From: Octopus sinensis
Lineage: Eukaryota
NCBI RefSeq assembly: GCF_006345805.1
Contig: NC_043004.1
Coordinates: forward strand, 56,110,001 to 56,174,000
DNA: 64,000 bases
Direction of reading: 5' to 3'
Shown here: positions 39,085 to 52,909 of the stretch, in pieces
Position numbering within the stretch: position 1 is the first letter of the stretch
How the letters are laid out: each line of letters starts with the position of its first letter
Position numbers and translations under genes: made by a program
The notes under the pieces: model-generated
Database searches by the model: none
The model's input: the letters and a program-made list of their open reading frames with translations, nothing else
Told to the model about the DNA's origin: nothing

Positions 39085-39515
39085 TGTTGCTTCTTCTTCT
39101 CTTCTTTTCTTTTCTTCTTCCCCTACCTCTATTCTTCTCTTCTTCTTCTCCCGTTTTTTGTCTTCTTCCTCTTCTTCCCTTCTTCTTCTTCTTCTTCTTC
39201 TTTTTCTCTTCTTCTTCTTCTTCTTCTTCTTCTTCTTCTTCTTCTTCGTCTCCTTCCTGTTCTTCCTCTTTCCCTTCTTCTTCTTCTTCTTCCTCTTTTC
39301 CTTCTTCTTCTTCTTCTTCTTCTTTTTCTTCTTCTTCTTCTTCTTCTTCTTCGTCTCCTTCATGTTCTTCCTCTTTCCCTTCTTCTTCTTCTTCTTCTTT
39401 TTCTTCTTCTTCTTCTTCTTCTTCTTCTTCTTCCTGTTCCTCCTCTTTCCCTTCTTCTTCTTCTTCTTCTTCTTCTTCTTCTTCTCCTTCTTCTCCTCCT
39501 CCTCCTCCTCCTCTC
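39085..39515. repeat. (TTC)n polypyrimidine tract with a ~105-bp higher-order unit
   Basis: CGTCTCCTTC(C/A)TGTTCTTCCTCTTTCCC at 39247 and 39352. Confidence 0.9.
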
Positions 39516-40186
39516 CATTATTTTCATTCACATCCTTAACTCCTAATTCCACTTTTGTCCACACAGCTTCCAACGCTTGTATATCACCGAACGATTCCCC
39601 CCCCCCCCTCTAGCACCTTAACAACTTCTGTCACACTTCCCGCACAAACTTGTTTTAACGAAGTAATGTTCTTCTGTGATACCACTCAAGTCACTAGAAA
39701 CATTAGCCGAATTTTCTTTAAATTGCACACTGGAGTGTTTTTCATAACTCAATAGATAATGTGGTGTTATATGTCTTGTGTCTCTACCAAGAAGAAGCAA
39801 AGACGGAATGAGAGTAACTACAATACATTTTTCTGATAGCTGTACTTGAGTAGAGCAGAATTTAGGCTGAACACGATGACCTACATGTTCAGAGCTGAAC
39901 TTGAGCTAAATTATAACAAAGCTGACACTGCATTTTACTCCAAATTTATTGTCTTTTATCACCTTCTACTTCACGCTTCCCTCTTTCTTATCGTTAAGCA
40001 CCGTTTATGCAGTCATTGACGTCACCAGCACATAAATGTGCAGAAACGTACAGAACAAGACACCGATAATTCAAGCTGCCCAAGGTTACCATCATATCTA
40101 TTCACAGCTGTTGGTTCATTGATATTATATGTCTACATTATACATCGCCATCTCACATGACCCCTCCACATTATCTCTATCTCATA

Positions 40187-40300
<114 letters not shown>

Positions 40301-40500
40301 TGTACGAAGAAGCATACATACATACATAGATACATACATATATACGGGTGGCTGGACAAATGAAAGAAGGCGGTACTGAACTAACGGAGTAGGTTTCTGT
40401 ACTAAACCTACGAATCTTTGAGTTGCATGGAACTGAATAAAACTGCTTTAAACAACAACAGCAGCAACAACAACAACAACAACAACAATAATAATAATAT

Positions 40501-41122
40501 GGTGAAACCGTACAGCATATTACCAATCAATGTACACTACTAGCCCAGAAAGATTATAAGAGCCGTCATGACAATATAGCAAGGATTGTCCATCGGACAC
40601 TTTGCAACAAGTATGGATTTCAGATAGCAAAAAGTTGGTACGGACATAAACCTGAAGGCAACATCGAAAATGATAATGTAAAGATCCTATGGGATTTTAT
40701 GATTCAATGCGACCATGAGATAGAGAATAGGAAACCAAACATGATGTTAATTTAGAAAGAAAGCAAGCGATGCTGGATCATAGATATAGCATGCACAGCT
40801 GAAAACAAGATATGCTATAAGGAAAAAAGAAAAGTCGATAGATATAATAGGTTAGCTTGGGAGATTAAGCAGTTGTCGCTGAAAAGGGTGGTTGTAGTAT
40901 CAATAATTGTCGGAGCCCTGGGAACAGTGAGTAAAAATCTTGAGAAGTACTTGGAAAAAAGAGAAGCTGCAATAAAGATGGAACACTTGCAGAAAACAGC
41001 ACTGCTTGGAACCGCTCGAATACTCCGGAAGGTGCTCGAAAAATAAGGGGTTTTGCCTTAGATCACTAGTAGTGAATAGCTGACACCGTAGTGAATCTCC
41101 GGCGTTAGAAGCTGTGCAAAGA
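40501..41122 (+). mobile_element. R4/Dong-clade non-LTR retrotransposon 3' end (RLE domain)
   Basis: ETVQHI..C...DYKSRHDNIARIVH, ILWDF, RKPN...IIDIAC, KVDRY, IIVGALG, TARILRKVLEK*; one stop at 40753; flanked by (AAC/AAT)n. Confidence 0.88.
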
Positions 41123-41420
41123 TAATAAAATAACAACAACAACAACAATAATAATAAAACAAGCTGATGACGACCAGAAACACAACGGTTACGAAGCACA
41201 GGGCTAAAAGCAGAGAGTGGTTTCATATTAGCTGCTCAAGACCAAAGCTTATTAACCCGGAACTACCAAGCCCAAGCGAATGTGAAAAAAATGGGAGCTG
41301 ACCCAAAATGATGAAGTATTTCAACAAAGTTATAGAAACTGCAGATTATAGAACTGGTCTTTTATAGCCTGTGGTTTTAATGAAAAGAGGAAGAAAAACA
41401 TGAAAATAGAAAATATAAAC

Positions 41421-41639
41421 ATAGGCGTAGGAGTGGCTGTGTGGTAAGTAACTTGCTTACCAACTACATGGTTCCGTGTTCAGTTCCACTGCCTGGCACC
41501 TTGGGCAAGTGTCTTCTACTATAGCCTCAGGCCGACCAAAGCCGCGTGAGTGGATTTGGTAGACGGAAACTGAAAGAAGTCCGTCGTACATATGTATATA
41601 TATATTTAAATATAAATATATCTATCTATCTATCTATCA

Positions 41640-41727
<88 letters not shown>

Positions 41728-41753
41728 CATCTATCTATCTAACTATCTATCTA

Positions 41754-41790
<37 letters not shown>

Positions 41791-42016
41791 ATGTATGTGT
41801 ATATGTTTGTGTGTCTGTGTTTGTCCTCCCGACATCGCTTAACAACCGATACTGGTGTGTTTACATCCCCGTAACGTAGTGGTTCGGCAAATAAGATCGA
41901 TAGAATAAGTACTAGGCTTACAAAGAATAAGTCCTGGGGTCGAGTTGGTCGACTAAAGGCAGTGCTCCAGCATGGCCACGGTCAAATGACTGAAACAAAT
42001 AAAAGAGTAAACGAGT
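41421..42016 (+). mobile_element. SINE-A with expanded (TCTA)n linker
   Basis: Complete head and 3' module. Confidence 0.9.
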
Positions 42017-42953
42017 ATTTAATTTCCGTATAAAATGCTGAGATTAAGTCAATTCAAAAAGTAATAAATAAGATAAAACTCTTCCATATTTGTTTGTTAA
42101 GGTAAATTCAATTAATTTGAACATTTCGTGTTTTTCGTTTAATTTGGGTTATCACGGACGTGTGGATTTTACTAGAAGAATAAAACAGAATATAGAAATA
42201 TATGTCTGCATCATACAAGCGAAATGAAGTATTACCTTTATCACACAGCTTATAATTCGAAACCCGTGTGTTGTCTTATTAAATGTCTAGCTTACAGTAA
42301 ACTTGAAATGGTATTAAACCAGAAAACATTTACGTTGTACTTTCTGCTCAGACAAAACTGGTAGAAAAGCCATTTATAAAAAGCAAACGACGTTTAAGTG
42401 ATTACAAATATCAGAGCAATGTGTCAGTGTGGTGCCTGTTCAAACAATCGATAAATTGGAAATCTCGTTTAATCACAAACGAAGAGCAACTGAAGACCTG
42501 ACAATAACACTTTCCTAAACAAAACCAATATGAAAGCTATAATGAATTTGATAAGTTTGAAGAGAGTAAACAGATAAACGTTTAACAGGTTTCAATATAT
42601 ATATATATATAAAAAATCAAGTAGATGGAAAACTACATGAGATACTTGGAGCGGTGTTTTCTGTTTGGAGATAGGATTTTTTCAGATCAGGAAACCAGAC
42701 AATCAATTTTAGTAGACAGAGAGTGTTATATAAGTAGAGTGTATGAAAGAGGGATCATATTTAATGAAAACTATATAGTGGAACGTACTCAGCTATAGGA
42801 AACAAGCAAAAATATTTAGATATATGAATATATGTATATATATATATATATGTGTATATGTAATATGTACATATATGTATGTATATCTATTTGTCTGTCT
42901 ATCCGTCTATATATACATATATATCATTTATACACACACACGCGAGTATACAT

Positions 42954-43017
<64 letters not shown>

Positions 43018-43402
43018 GTATACACGCACATACACACACATGCATATATATATATGCGCATATATAATTTAGAGAAAAACCTCTATTAAACAATTCAATA
43101 ATGAAATATGTCATTCACATCATATAGAAAACACAGGATATATCGTCTTCTATATGCTGTGAATAACATGCTTCATTATTGAATTGTGTAATAGACATTC
43201 TTTTTCTAAATTATATACATATATTATATTTTTCGAAATTTGATTTAAAATTGTTAAATTGAATTTTTCCCTGTAAGTTTTGGAATTATATTCCCTACAA
43301 TTATTATATATACAGTTCAAATTTATATATATAGTTCAAATTTACAAACTTACAGAAAGCAAAAGATGCATATACTCCTATATAATTAGTATGCACACTT
43401 AC

Positions 43403-43439
43403 CGATGTCTTTCATATATTTCGATACATTTCTACTAAT
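43403..43439 (-). CDS. Candidate 37-nt exon (ISRNVSKYMKDIx)
   Basis: CTCCACTTTGCAG acceptor, G|GTAAGT donor; only the phase-0 frame is open; phase 1 out. Confidence 0.5.
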
Positions 43440-44099
43440 CTGCAAAGTGGAGTAATAGAGCAATGAAAGAGCTCCCATTTCAATCCTCCAATTATTAATA
43501 TTGTTTTGAATGTATCCATCTTTAGCGAGGATTTAAAGACAAACTATGAAAAAAGATATTTTAATCAAAATGTGAAAAAACAAAAACAATTTGTGTTATC
43601 ACTTGTTAAGCCAAACCATATTGTGAAATTATTATTGCAAATCTTCAAAAATATGCCTTACTTGATTATAGTTTCATTTTATTACACATTCCTCGAAGTA
43701 ATTATTGTTGCACAAGTGACTGACCGATTGCGATAAGGACTACAGAAATATTTCATCCGTTTTATATGTTCTTGGTGATATGCCAAGCAGGTATCCACTT
43801 CGTTTCTTTGTCCCCGCATTGGAAGATGTTCTTTAAAGATAATGATTGTAACCGAAATAATTGCGAGAAATAAAAAGTAAAAAAAAAGAAGAAAAAAACG
43901 AAAAAAAAAGGACACCAACAATAAAACAGACGCAATCCATGTGAGAGAAGTTCTACATAATTACTGAAGCTTCATTTTATCCATATTTATACATCGAACT
44001 GAATTACTACTAAACAGGGACAATATATTCCAGTGGGGACCCTTTGTTTCATGTCTCAAACATAGGAGGAGGAATCCTCTTAGTAAAGGGATAATGTGG

Positions 44100-44313
44100 G
44101 TTTCAAATTGTGACACCAGGCTAGTAATTTCGTGGAGGGCGTCAATCGATTACTTTCACCTCAGTTCTCAACTGTTACTTATTTTATCGACCCCCGAAAG
44201 GATAAAAGGCAAAGCGAACCTCGGCGGAATTTGAACTCAGAATATAAAGACGGACAAAATGCCACTAATCATCATTTTGCCCGGCGTGCTAACGATTCTG
44301 CCAGCTCACAGCC
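44100..44313 (-). mobile_element. SINE-D (alternative tail)
   Basis: TTTTATCGACCCCCGAAAGGAT...GCCCGGCGTGCTAACGATTCTGCCAGCTCAC. Confidence 0.8.
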
Positions 44314-46132
44314 ACTACTATAGTAATGATAATGTTACACATATTGCTGGGATTCAAATATAAAACCACATTAACTGAAACCAATGCAAGCTAAAGAACT
44401 GCATTGATCAAGTACTCCGCCCTATAAACAAAAGAAACTCATTAACGGACACCCCAAAGATGCTTGGGGAGCGCATTGATCGAACACCCCATAAGTAACC
44501 AGAGTACCGCGTTAACTGAAACCTAGATATAAGCTAAAATAGCGCATTGATGGAACACCCTAGATATGACCTAGAGAACAGCATTGACTGAACAATTTAG
44601 ATATAAACTAGAGAACCAAATAGATCGAGCAACCGAGAACGAGCAAAGAATATTAATCGAAAACTTCAGAAATGAACTAGCGACGCTCAAAGATTGAACA
44701 CCCCATAATAACAGAAATAAGATGACCGAGGTGTAGCATATGGATTTGTATTGGAGATCAGCAAAACTTTCCCAAGTGGGTAACGTATTTAGACATGGAT
44801 CACATGCTGAAGCTGTCTCGAAATCTAGAACATTCCTATCTCAAGTATTTCGGACAAAGGATTACTAGTTGTAATCGTAAGTTTATTACACAACACTAAC
44901 ATGAAGTATAACAAAATTCAATGAATGTGCAAGGCAATTTTCGGCATTCGTTGTTGTGTATATGACGTAAGTCGCTTAGACACACGTAATATACTCAACT
45001 ATAGGTACCACTTAGATTATAGAATTATGTTTTCTGTAATTCATTATCTTTTTAAAAAACTTTCTAATCAACGCTAAACAAATGTTGGTTACATCTGTGT
45101 TTCTCAGATATGGGCTGAGAGAATCGGATCGGATAATTTGCCATGTTTAACAAGGGTTTCAAAATCGTGTTCAACTAAATGGAAAAGAAAAATTAAAAAA
45201 TATAAATAATTATTTGAATACATTATCTACTTGTTTTCTCATCAATAAATGTTGGAAGACAAATATGAAAAAAATCAATATTTCCTGTGTGAAGCCTTAT
45301 ATTTTGAAACTTGCTGATTTACATAAACATTGAACCCAATTGCGGGTTGAAGAGTAACGTCAACACATTTTAAACTCGCACAAATTCATTTTAGTTTCCT
45401 ACACGTACAGATCTGTCTGCCATATATTCTGCACTCCGTTTCCGATTTTCTAGCGTTGTTTCTCACAATTAAACACTTGTGATGATACTCTTTCTATTAT
45501 AGGCACAAAGCCTGAAATTGTCCTGGGAAGGGCCCAGTCAATTACATCGAACCCAGTACTCAACTACTACTTATTTCATCAGCCCCTAAAGGATGAAGGT
45601 CAACGTCGACTTCGGTGGGATTTGAACTCAGTGTATTAAGCTGGAGGAAATGCCGCTAAGCATTTTGTCTAGTGCTGTAATGATACTGACGATTAGCTGC
45701 TACAGACACATGTTATCTTCTTCTTTACTTCATCTCCACTTGCTTTTAGTATCATTTTGTTTGCATTTGTATTATGTGTGCATTCTCTCTTTGCCTCAGT
45801 AACTGTCGCATTATCTCCCTTCGCTTTTTCTTTATGGCCATATATTTGCTGTGCCACACACACACACATACTACAACTTCGTTTTCAACCAAAATCACTT
45901 TTACAGTCTCAACCACATTCTCTCGTAGACACCCAAACACAAAGACACTCATCCACGCAAATGCATTCACGCACACACACATGCACACACACACACACTC
46001 CCATACACACAATCATCATTCAATTCCCTCTCATATATACTCTCCCTCTCTCCACCTCATTTAAAAAATTTTACACTTAACTGAATATCAAATGTACTCT
46101 CCTAGCTATTCTTTCACTTTCCCCTCATCACA

Positions 46133-46301
46133 ACTCTTCTTCTTCTTCTTCTTCTTCTTCTTCTTCTTCTTCTTCTTCTTCTTCTTCTTCTTCTTCTTCT
46201 TCTTCTCTTCTTCTCTTCTTTTCTTCTTCTTCTTCTTCTTCTTCTTTTGCACGTGCTCCTGCTCCTTTGCATTCTTTTCCTTCTCTATCATCTGTGTATC
46301 T

Positions 46302-46392
<91 letters not shown>

Positions 46393-46416
46393 GTCATCTA
46401 TCTATCTATCTATCTG

Positions 46417-46453
<37 letters not shown>

Positions 46454-46455
46454 TT
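46133..46455. repeat. (TTC)n followed by (TCTA)n
   Basis: Direct reading. Confidence 0.92.
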
Positions 46456-46558
46456 ATCAGTATCTCCACTCTTTCATTCTTTCTTTCTTTCTCTCTTTCT
46501 CTCTCTGCTCCACTCCCCCCTTTCTCTTTCTCTGTGATATATATATATATATAATATA

Positions 46559-46606
<48 letters not shown>

Positions 46607-47482
46607 ATTGTATATATTTATGTACATGCATATAATATATGTTTATAAATGCAAATAAATATATATGTATATATATATAGAAACACACTTATATATACGT
46701 ATATATAAACACATACATACATATACATATACATACACCACATATATATATATACATATATAATTATACCTTCCATTTCCTTTCTCTCTCATGTATTTGT
46801 GTGCTCAAGTGTATGTATGCCTTTCACATGCACAATCGTTTTCAGTCTCTCTTTCACGTAGACATACAAACAACCATCGAAATCTCTTCATATATACAAT
46901 CTCTCTCCCCACCATAGCTTTCTTGTAAGCTATCAGTTTCTTCTGATACGCCACTATTGTCAATTTAATTAATATTATCAACTACTTTTCCGCCATATTA
47001 GCGTCATTTTGCCGTTTCCACTTTTCCATTACACAGGAAACATTATATCTTTTATTGCTTTCAATTTCGATGCTGATATTGTTCTTGTAGGAATTGTTTT
47101 ATTCTTCTCTTGTTATTGTTACATTATATGTGAATAATATTGTTTTCGTAATGTTTCATCTTTTGACCGTCAAACAACCTTAATATTGTCGTATATTGAT
47201 ATGTGTAGAAACTGTTTATTATCTCTTAACAATACACTATCCCTAGATATAGCAAATACCATTAAAGAAATGTTCTGCAAGCAACTTCATCATAGCATGA
47301 CACCGCTAAGCATTGGAAGCCGCTGTTACATAACCATTTTAACTTTCAACTTCACAGTATACAGACAAAGCAGTGTGTTACAGATATTGAAATTACACGT
47401 GATCACAGCATTAGGTAGCCATTGAAACCAATAAACTATATATTATATTAAATATATAAGAGAGAGAGAATAAGAGGGAGAG

Positions 47483-47542
<60 letters not shown>

Positions 47543-47627
47543 TATATATATATAGATATATATAAGAGAAAGAGAATAAAAGGGAGAGAGGGAGATAATC
47601 ACAAACACACACAGGCACAACTATATA

Positions 47628-48097
47628 TCGGGTTGGCAAGAAAGTAATTTCGGTTTTTTAGTATGAAGTAATAGTAATTTTATTCATACAGAGAATGAAC
47701 TTTAATCAGTTATGTATTTTCCATTTTATTTGATGACCTTTTGCCATCTTTCTGGCAACTTTATGATTCCACGCTCATAGAACCTTTGGTCCTTATCAGC
47801 CAAAAATTAAACCAAGTACGATTTCAGGTCGTCATCATTATTGAAAGTTTTACCATTCAAAGAATTTTGCAAAATAAATGGTAATGCAATGAAAGGCAAG
47901 GTTGGTTTCGTTGGGATTTGAATTTTGCAAACTTCGAAATAAATGGTGACGCAATGTCAGGGCTATATGGTGGAGGTGACATCACTTCTCAGCTAAGCTC
48001 CAATTTTTTTCCTGAGTTAGCAAAGACGTATACGGTCTAGCGTTGTTATTGTGGAACACGATCCCTTTGCGATTTGCCAATTCTGGCCGTTTTTCAA
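47628..48097 (-). mobile_element. mariner 3' fragment (cecropia/mellifera-like)
   Basis: TA|TCGGGTTGGC end; peptides KRPELANRKGIVFH, PPYSPDIA, LQNSLNGKTF, KLPERWQKVI. Confidence 0.82.
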
Positions 48098-48113
48098 ACA
48101 CACGCAAGCCCAT

Positions 48114-48496
48114 GGAAGCACTCCGTCGGTTACGACGACGAGGGTTCCGGTTGATCCGAATCAACGGAACAGCCTGCTCGTGAAATTAACGTGTAAGTGG
48201 CTGAGCACTCCACAGACACGTGTACCCTTAACGTAGTTCTCGGGGATATTCAGGGTGACACAGAGAGTGACAAGGCCGGCCCTTTGAAATACAGATACAA
48301 CAGAAACAAGAAGTAAGAGTGAGAGAAAAGTTGTAGTGCAAGAGTACAGCAGGGATCACCACCATCCCCTGCCGGAGCCTCGTGGAGTTTTAGGTGTTTT
48401 CGTTCAATAAACACTCACAACGCCCGGTCTGGGAATCGAAACCGCGATCCTATGACCGTGAGTCCGCTGCCCTAACCACTGGGCCATTGCGCCTCC
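48114..48496 (-). mobile_element. SINE-B, full length
   Basis: Near consensus; TSD ACGCAA(G/A)CCCAT on both sides. Confidence 0.92.
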
Positions 48497-49208
48497 ACGC
48501 AAACCCATACACACATATAGACAAACGATCAAATGTCAGGTGGTACGAGAGGTGAATGTATTTACTTTACCACATGACATCCTTAGGATTACGCCCGTTT
48601 AATAGCCTATTTCATGTAATAATAATTTCAGTGTGCAATGAATTATATTTACATGTTAATGCAAATAAAGAAAGCAAGTGGCTCAGATTACTTAAACATC
48701 ATGGTTATAGGAACGACTCAACTCTAAGCATAAATACAAAATCTTCGCTTTATATAATCAGTGCAGGGAAACCAGAGAATAGGTAAAAGTAGCTTGGTAT
48801 GGCTAGTAAAAATAAAGATATATTTTGCTGTATATGAATTATGGTGCTAGATCTAAGTAAAGGGAATTCACCATCCCTAATGTTAGGAAAAAACATGAAG
48901 GGATAAAAAGAAGTAGTTAATATTAGAAAAACACTATATAGCTTTAAAAAGTATATACAAGCACATATAAACATATAACACAGACGAATTAAATAGGAAA
49001 CAGATAACTGGAGATATATAAATTAAACTGAGAAAAAGTAGTGAACAACAACAATTTAAAAATAAGGTTAAAAGGTCAAAGAAACGCACATAAAACCTGG
49101 AAATTAATTTTAATCCTGTTTTCTAACTGCACTTCAAAATAATTTTAAACTAATGAACTGCAATGAAACAAAAAACAGAAGTATATATATATATATATAT
49201 ATATATAG

Positions 49209-49239
<31 letters not shown>

Positions 49240-49523
49240 GAGTATCTATATAATATATATAATATATATATATATATATATGCAGAAGTATAAATACATA
49301 CAAAAACACATACATAGATACAAATGCATGTATACGAATACAAACATACACACCCACCCACACACACACACATATACATATATATATATATACTAACACC
49401 GGTTTCACCCGGTCTGTTTGGTTGATGTGGATGTGATGTTTTTCGGTTAGGCATAATCTATAACAGCATTTCTAATTGATTAAATGCTTGTGAATTTGAA
49501 AGCAACCCAGAATATATATATTG

Positions 49524-49932
49524 CTCTTTTACTCTTTTACTTGTTTCAGTCATTTGGCTGCGGCCATGCTGGAGCACCGCCTTTAGTCGAGCAAATCAAC
49601 CCTGGGACTTATTCTTTGTAAGCCTAGTACTTATTCTATCGGTATCTTTTGCCGAACCGCTAAGTGACGGGGACGTAAACACACCACCATCAGTTGTCAA
49701 GCGATGTTGGAGGGACAAACACAGACACAAACTCACACACACATACATACATATATATATATATAATATATACATATATACGACAGGCTTCTTTCAGTCT
49801 CCGTCTACCAAATCCACTCACAAGGCATTGGTCGGCCCGAGATTATAGTAGAAGACTCTTGCCCAAGGTACCACGCAGTGGGACTGAACCCGGAACCATG
49901 TGGTTGCTTAGCAAGCTACTTACTACACAACC
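49524..49932 (-). mobile_element. SINE-A
   Basis: All modules present, head slightly truncated. Confidence 0.9.
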
Positions 49933-50962
49933 AATATATATACAGGGTGAGAGAGAGAGAGAGAAAGTGAGAGAAAGAAAAAGAGAGATCATGTGACTTT
50001 AAGCGAATATATAATTATATTACAACTATACAATGATCTCTCTCGTTCCATAGCCATTTATCCTTCTCCGAATATAGAAGCCTCTGTAAAGTACTTTGCT
50101 TTCCTGGTGTGTATGCGTGGAAAACTGGACGTTTCCATATGTCCTCGTTTTCCCATCCACGCCACATATGTTTTCCAGTGGTAAGGTTCCCTTTTTATGG
50201 CCGATACAGCAAGACACATGTCATTGCAGACGTTGTTCTCAGAATGCAAGATGACAGATGAGATATCACCGCCAACCTCGTTCTGTGCTCTAATAATTCT
50301 GCCAGTCTATCTCACTAGACATAGATGAAGGTCAAAGTTGGCTTGGATGTGATTTGAACCCAAAATAAGGAGTGTCAGAATAAATGCCGTATAATATTCG
50401 ACCCAAAGGTCTAAAGGCACTGCCAATTCGTAGGCTTCCAATTACAACTTTTTCAAATTTACTTATTTAGTTGCACTAAAGCATTTTACTACACAAGAAA
50501 AGATTTCTTTGGAAGGCGGCGAGCGGGCAGAAACGTTAGCGCGCCGGGCAAAATGCTTATCAGTATTTCGTTTGTCGTTATGTTCTGAGTTCAAATTCCG
50601 CCGAGGTCGACTGATTATACTCGTTCCTGTAATTTGTTTTTCTTTATTTTATTCATGTGTTTACACTTACTTGTTATTATTAATATTATTGTGGAAGCCC
50701 TGGCATAGATTGTATCTGTAATATAATTATTCGGTGTCTCTCATTCTGTTACATGTTGATTTATATAAGATATATGCGTGTTTGGAATACTCAGCTACTT
50801 GAATTCTAAATCAATGAGCAGGCTGTTCAGTTGATCGAAAGTATTTTGATCCCCGTCCAGCCGATCTACTTTCGACTGAAGACACATACAATAGGAATAC
50901 AAAATAAAAAATGCCTGACCGTAAGTAAGGAGAGACACACAAATAAGAAAGAAGAAAGCAAA

Positions 50963-51007
50963 GGACCACTGATGAGATCACAGAAGTGTGACGAAAGAAC
51001 TCTGGCC
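50963..51007 (+). ncRNA. Candidate orphan minimal hammerhead
   Basis: CCA-CUGAUGA-G(A)UCACA GAAG UGUGAC-GAAA-GAAC-UC^UGG; good stem II, only 3-bp stem I, 2-nt loop on stem III. Confidence 0.4.
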
Positions 51008-51163
51008 GAAATAAGATTAAGATTAATGTAAAAAATAAATAACGCTGAATATGTAGTGCGTGTATTGGATAAACTGGCAAAATGACCATTCCTAAATACT
51101 ACAACATCTGTTTCAACAAAGGATTTCACATCAAGAATCTTGCAAAACAAATATATAAACGTA

Positions 51164-51210
<47 letters not shown>

Positions 51211-51292
51211 TAAGAAATTGGAATGACACATATGCACACACTTATGATTCCAACACCAGGTTATTAGTACTGTGAAACCAACCAAAATATTA

Positions 51293-51366
<74 letters not shown>

Positions 51367-51973
51367 GTATGTATGTATGTATATATATATGTGTGTGTGT
51401 GTGTATGCAACCACACACAATAGACTGCCAACCAATTTTCGTTTACCAAATTCACTGATCGCCTGGGACTCTGGTAGAAGACACTAGCCATTCAGTGGAG
51501 CTGAGTTCGAACCCACGTGCCTGAGAAGTGATTCTCTTAACCACACGACCGACCATGCTACCTAGCCATGCTAGGTTTGTATAATCTTACACATCCTAAA
51601 ACATGTGTGCAAATCTTTTGCCACAAAGCCAAACAGAACAAAGGCTTAAACCAAGAACAGAAGAAACAGCTCTACGTATAATAATTCTAATTTCATTTTA
51701 TAGTTGCCAAACAAAAGATTAATAAACGAAAAGGAAACCTTTTTTCTTATATATTTATCTTTCAATTGTTCTGCCTTTCTATTTTTCTCTCGTTCTTCAT
51801 CTTTTTTCTTACTCCTTTTACTCTTTTATGTCTCTCTTTCTCGCTGTTCTCTATTTTTACCATTTTTCTCTGTTTGTTCTGCTTTCAGAAGTAACTTCGA
51901 CCATATATTTTCACGGAGGAAATTATTTCAAATTAGATATTTTCCAGATATGAGTAAACCTTCAGTACAATAT

Positions 51974-52049
<76 letters not shown>

Positions 52050-52872
52050 TTCTTTAGTTCTTTCTTTCTTTCTGTTTTTTCGCCTGTTTTCTAATCTTTC
52101 TCCCTTTCCTCCTCTTCCTATTTTTCTTTCTCTCATTCCTTTTTCCAATTTTTCTCTTCTTCCTTCCTTCCTGTTATTCTCTTTTTAAGTCACTAATTTT
52201 CTTTTCTTCCACTTTTTTATCAGAACTCAGTAAACATCCAAAGCTACAAAACTGAAAGCTAAATAAACAAATAAACAAATAAACAACTTTCTAAACAAAT
52301 TAACAAATAAACAACTAAATGTAAAACAACCTTCAATCTGAAATATAAATACAGCTGACAGCTTTTACTATATATTCCAGTCACGACTTTATCTGCTGCC
52401 ATTGGCCAAATTAAGCCTAGAGCTTAACACAGAAAATATCCTGTATAACACAATATTGAAGCATGCGGATTTCTCAACATATAACTCGCTATAAATTTGT
52501 CAAGCTACCAAGCATTGTTAGGATTTTATTTTACTTTCACATTTTGAGATTGTGTAATTGTTATTTGAGTTTCATATATTTTATATCAGTTATGAGCATT
52601 TTGTTACAGTTCTTTGTTTTCATTTTTTTTCTTATACTTCTTTCATCCTGTTTGAACATTAGCAAACAAATTTATTGATCATTTGCGAACATTTCGTTTA
52701 AACACGCTTAACTCATCAGCTTTTTTGAGAATGTTATTAGTTTTGTCAAGAACGAGGTGAACAATTTCACAAATTTGCCAACATTTAATGTATCAATTAT
52801 GATTGTATATAAATATACACACACGTATGTATGGATGGGCATACATACATATGTACATACATTCTTACATGC

Positions 52873-52909
<37 letters not shown>

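Noticed and set aside
39040-39613. Long poly-K/E/S/F ORFs
   Set aside because: Translations of the TTC/GAA tract
41163-41190. CTGATGA...GAAA motif
   Set aside because: No stem I or stem II pairing
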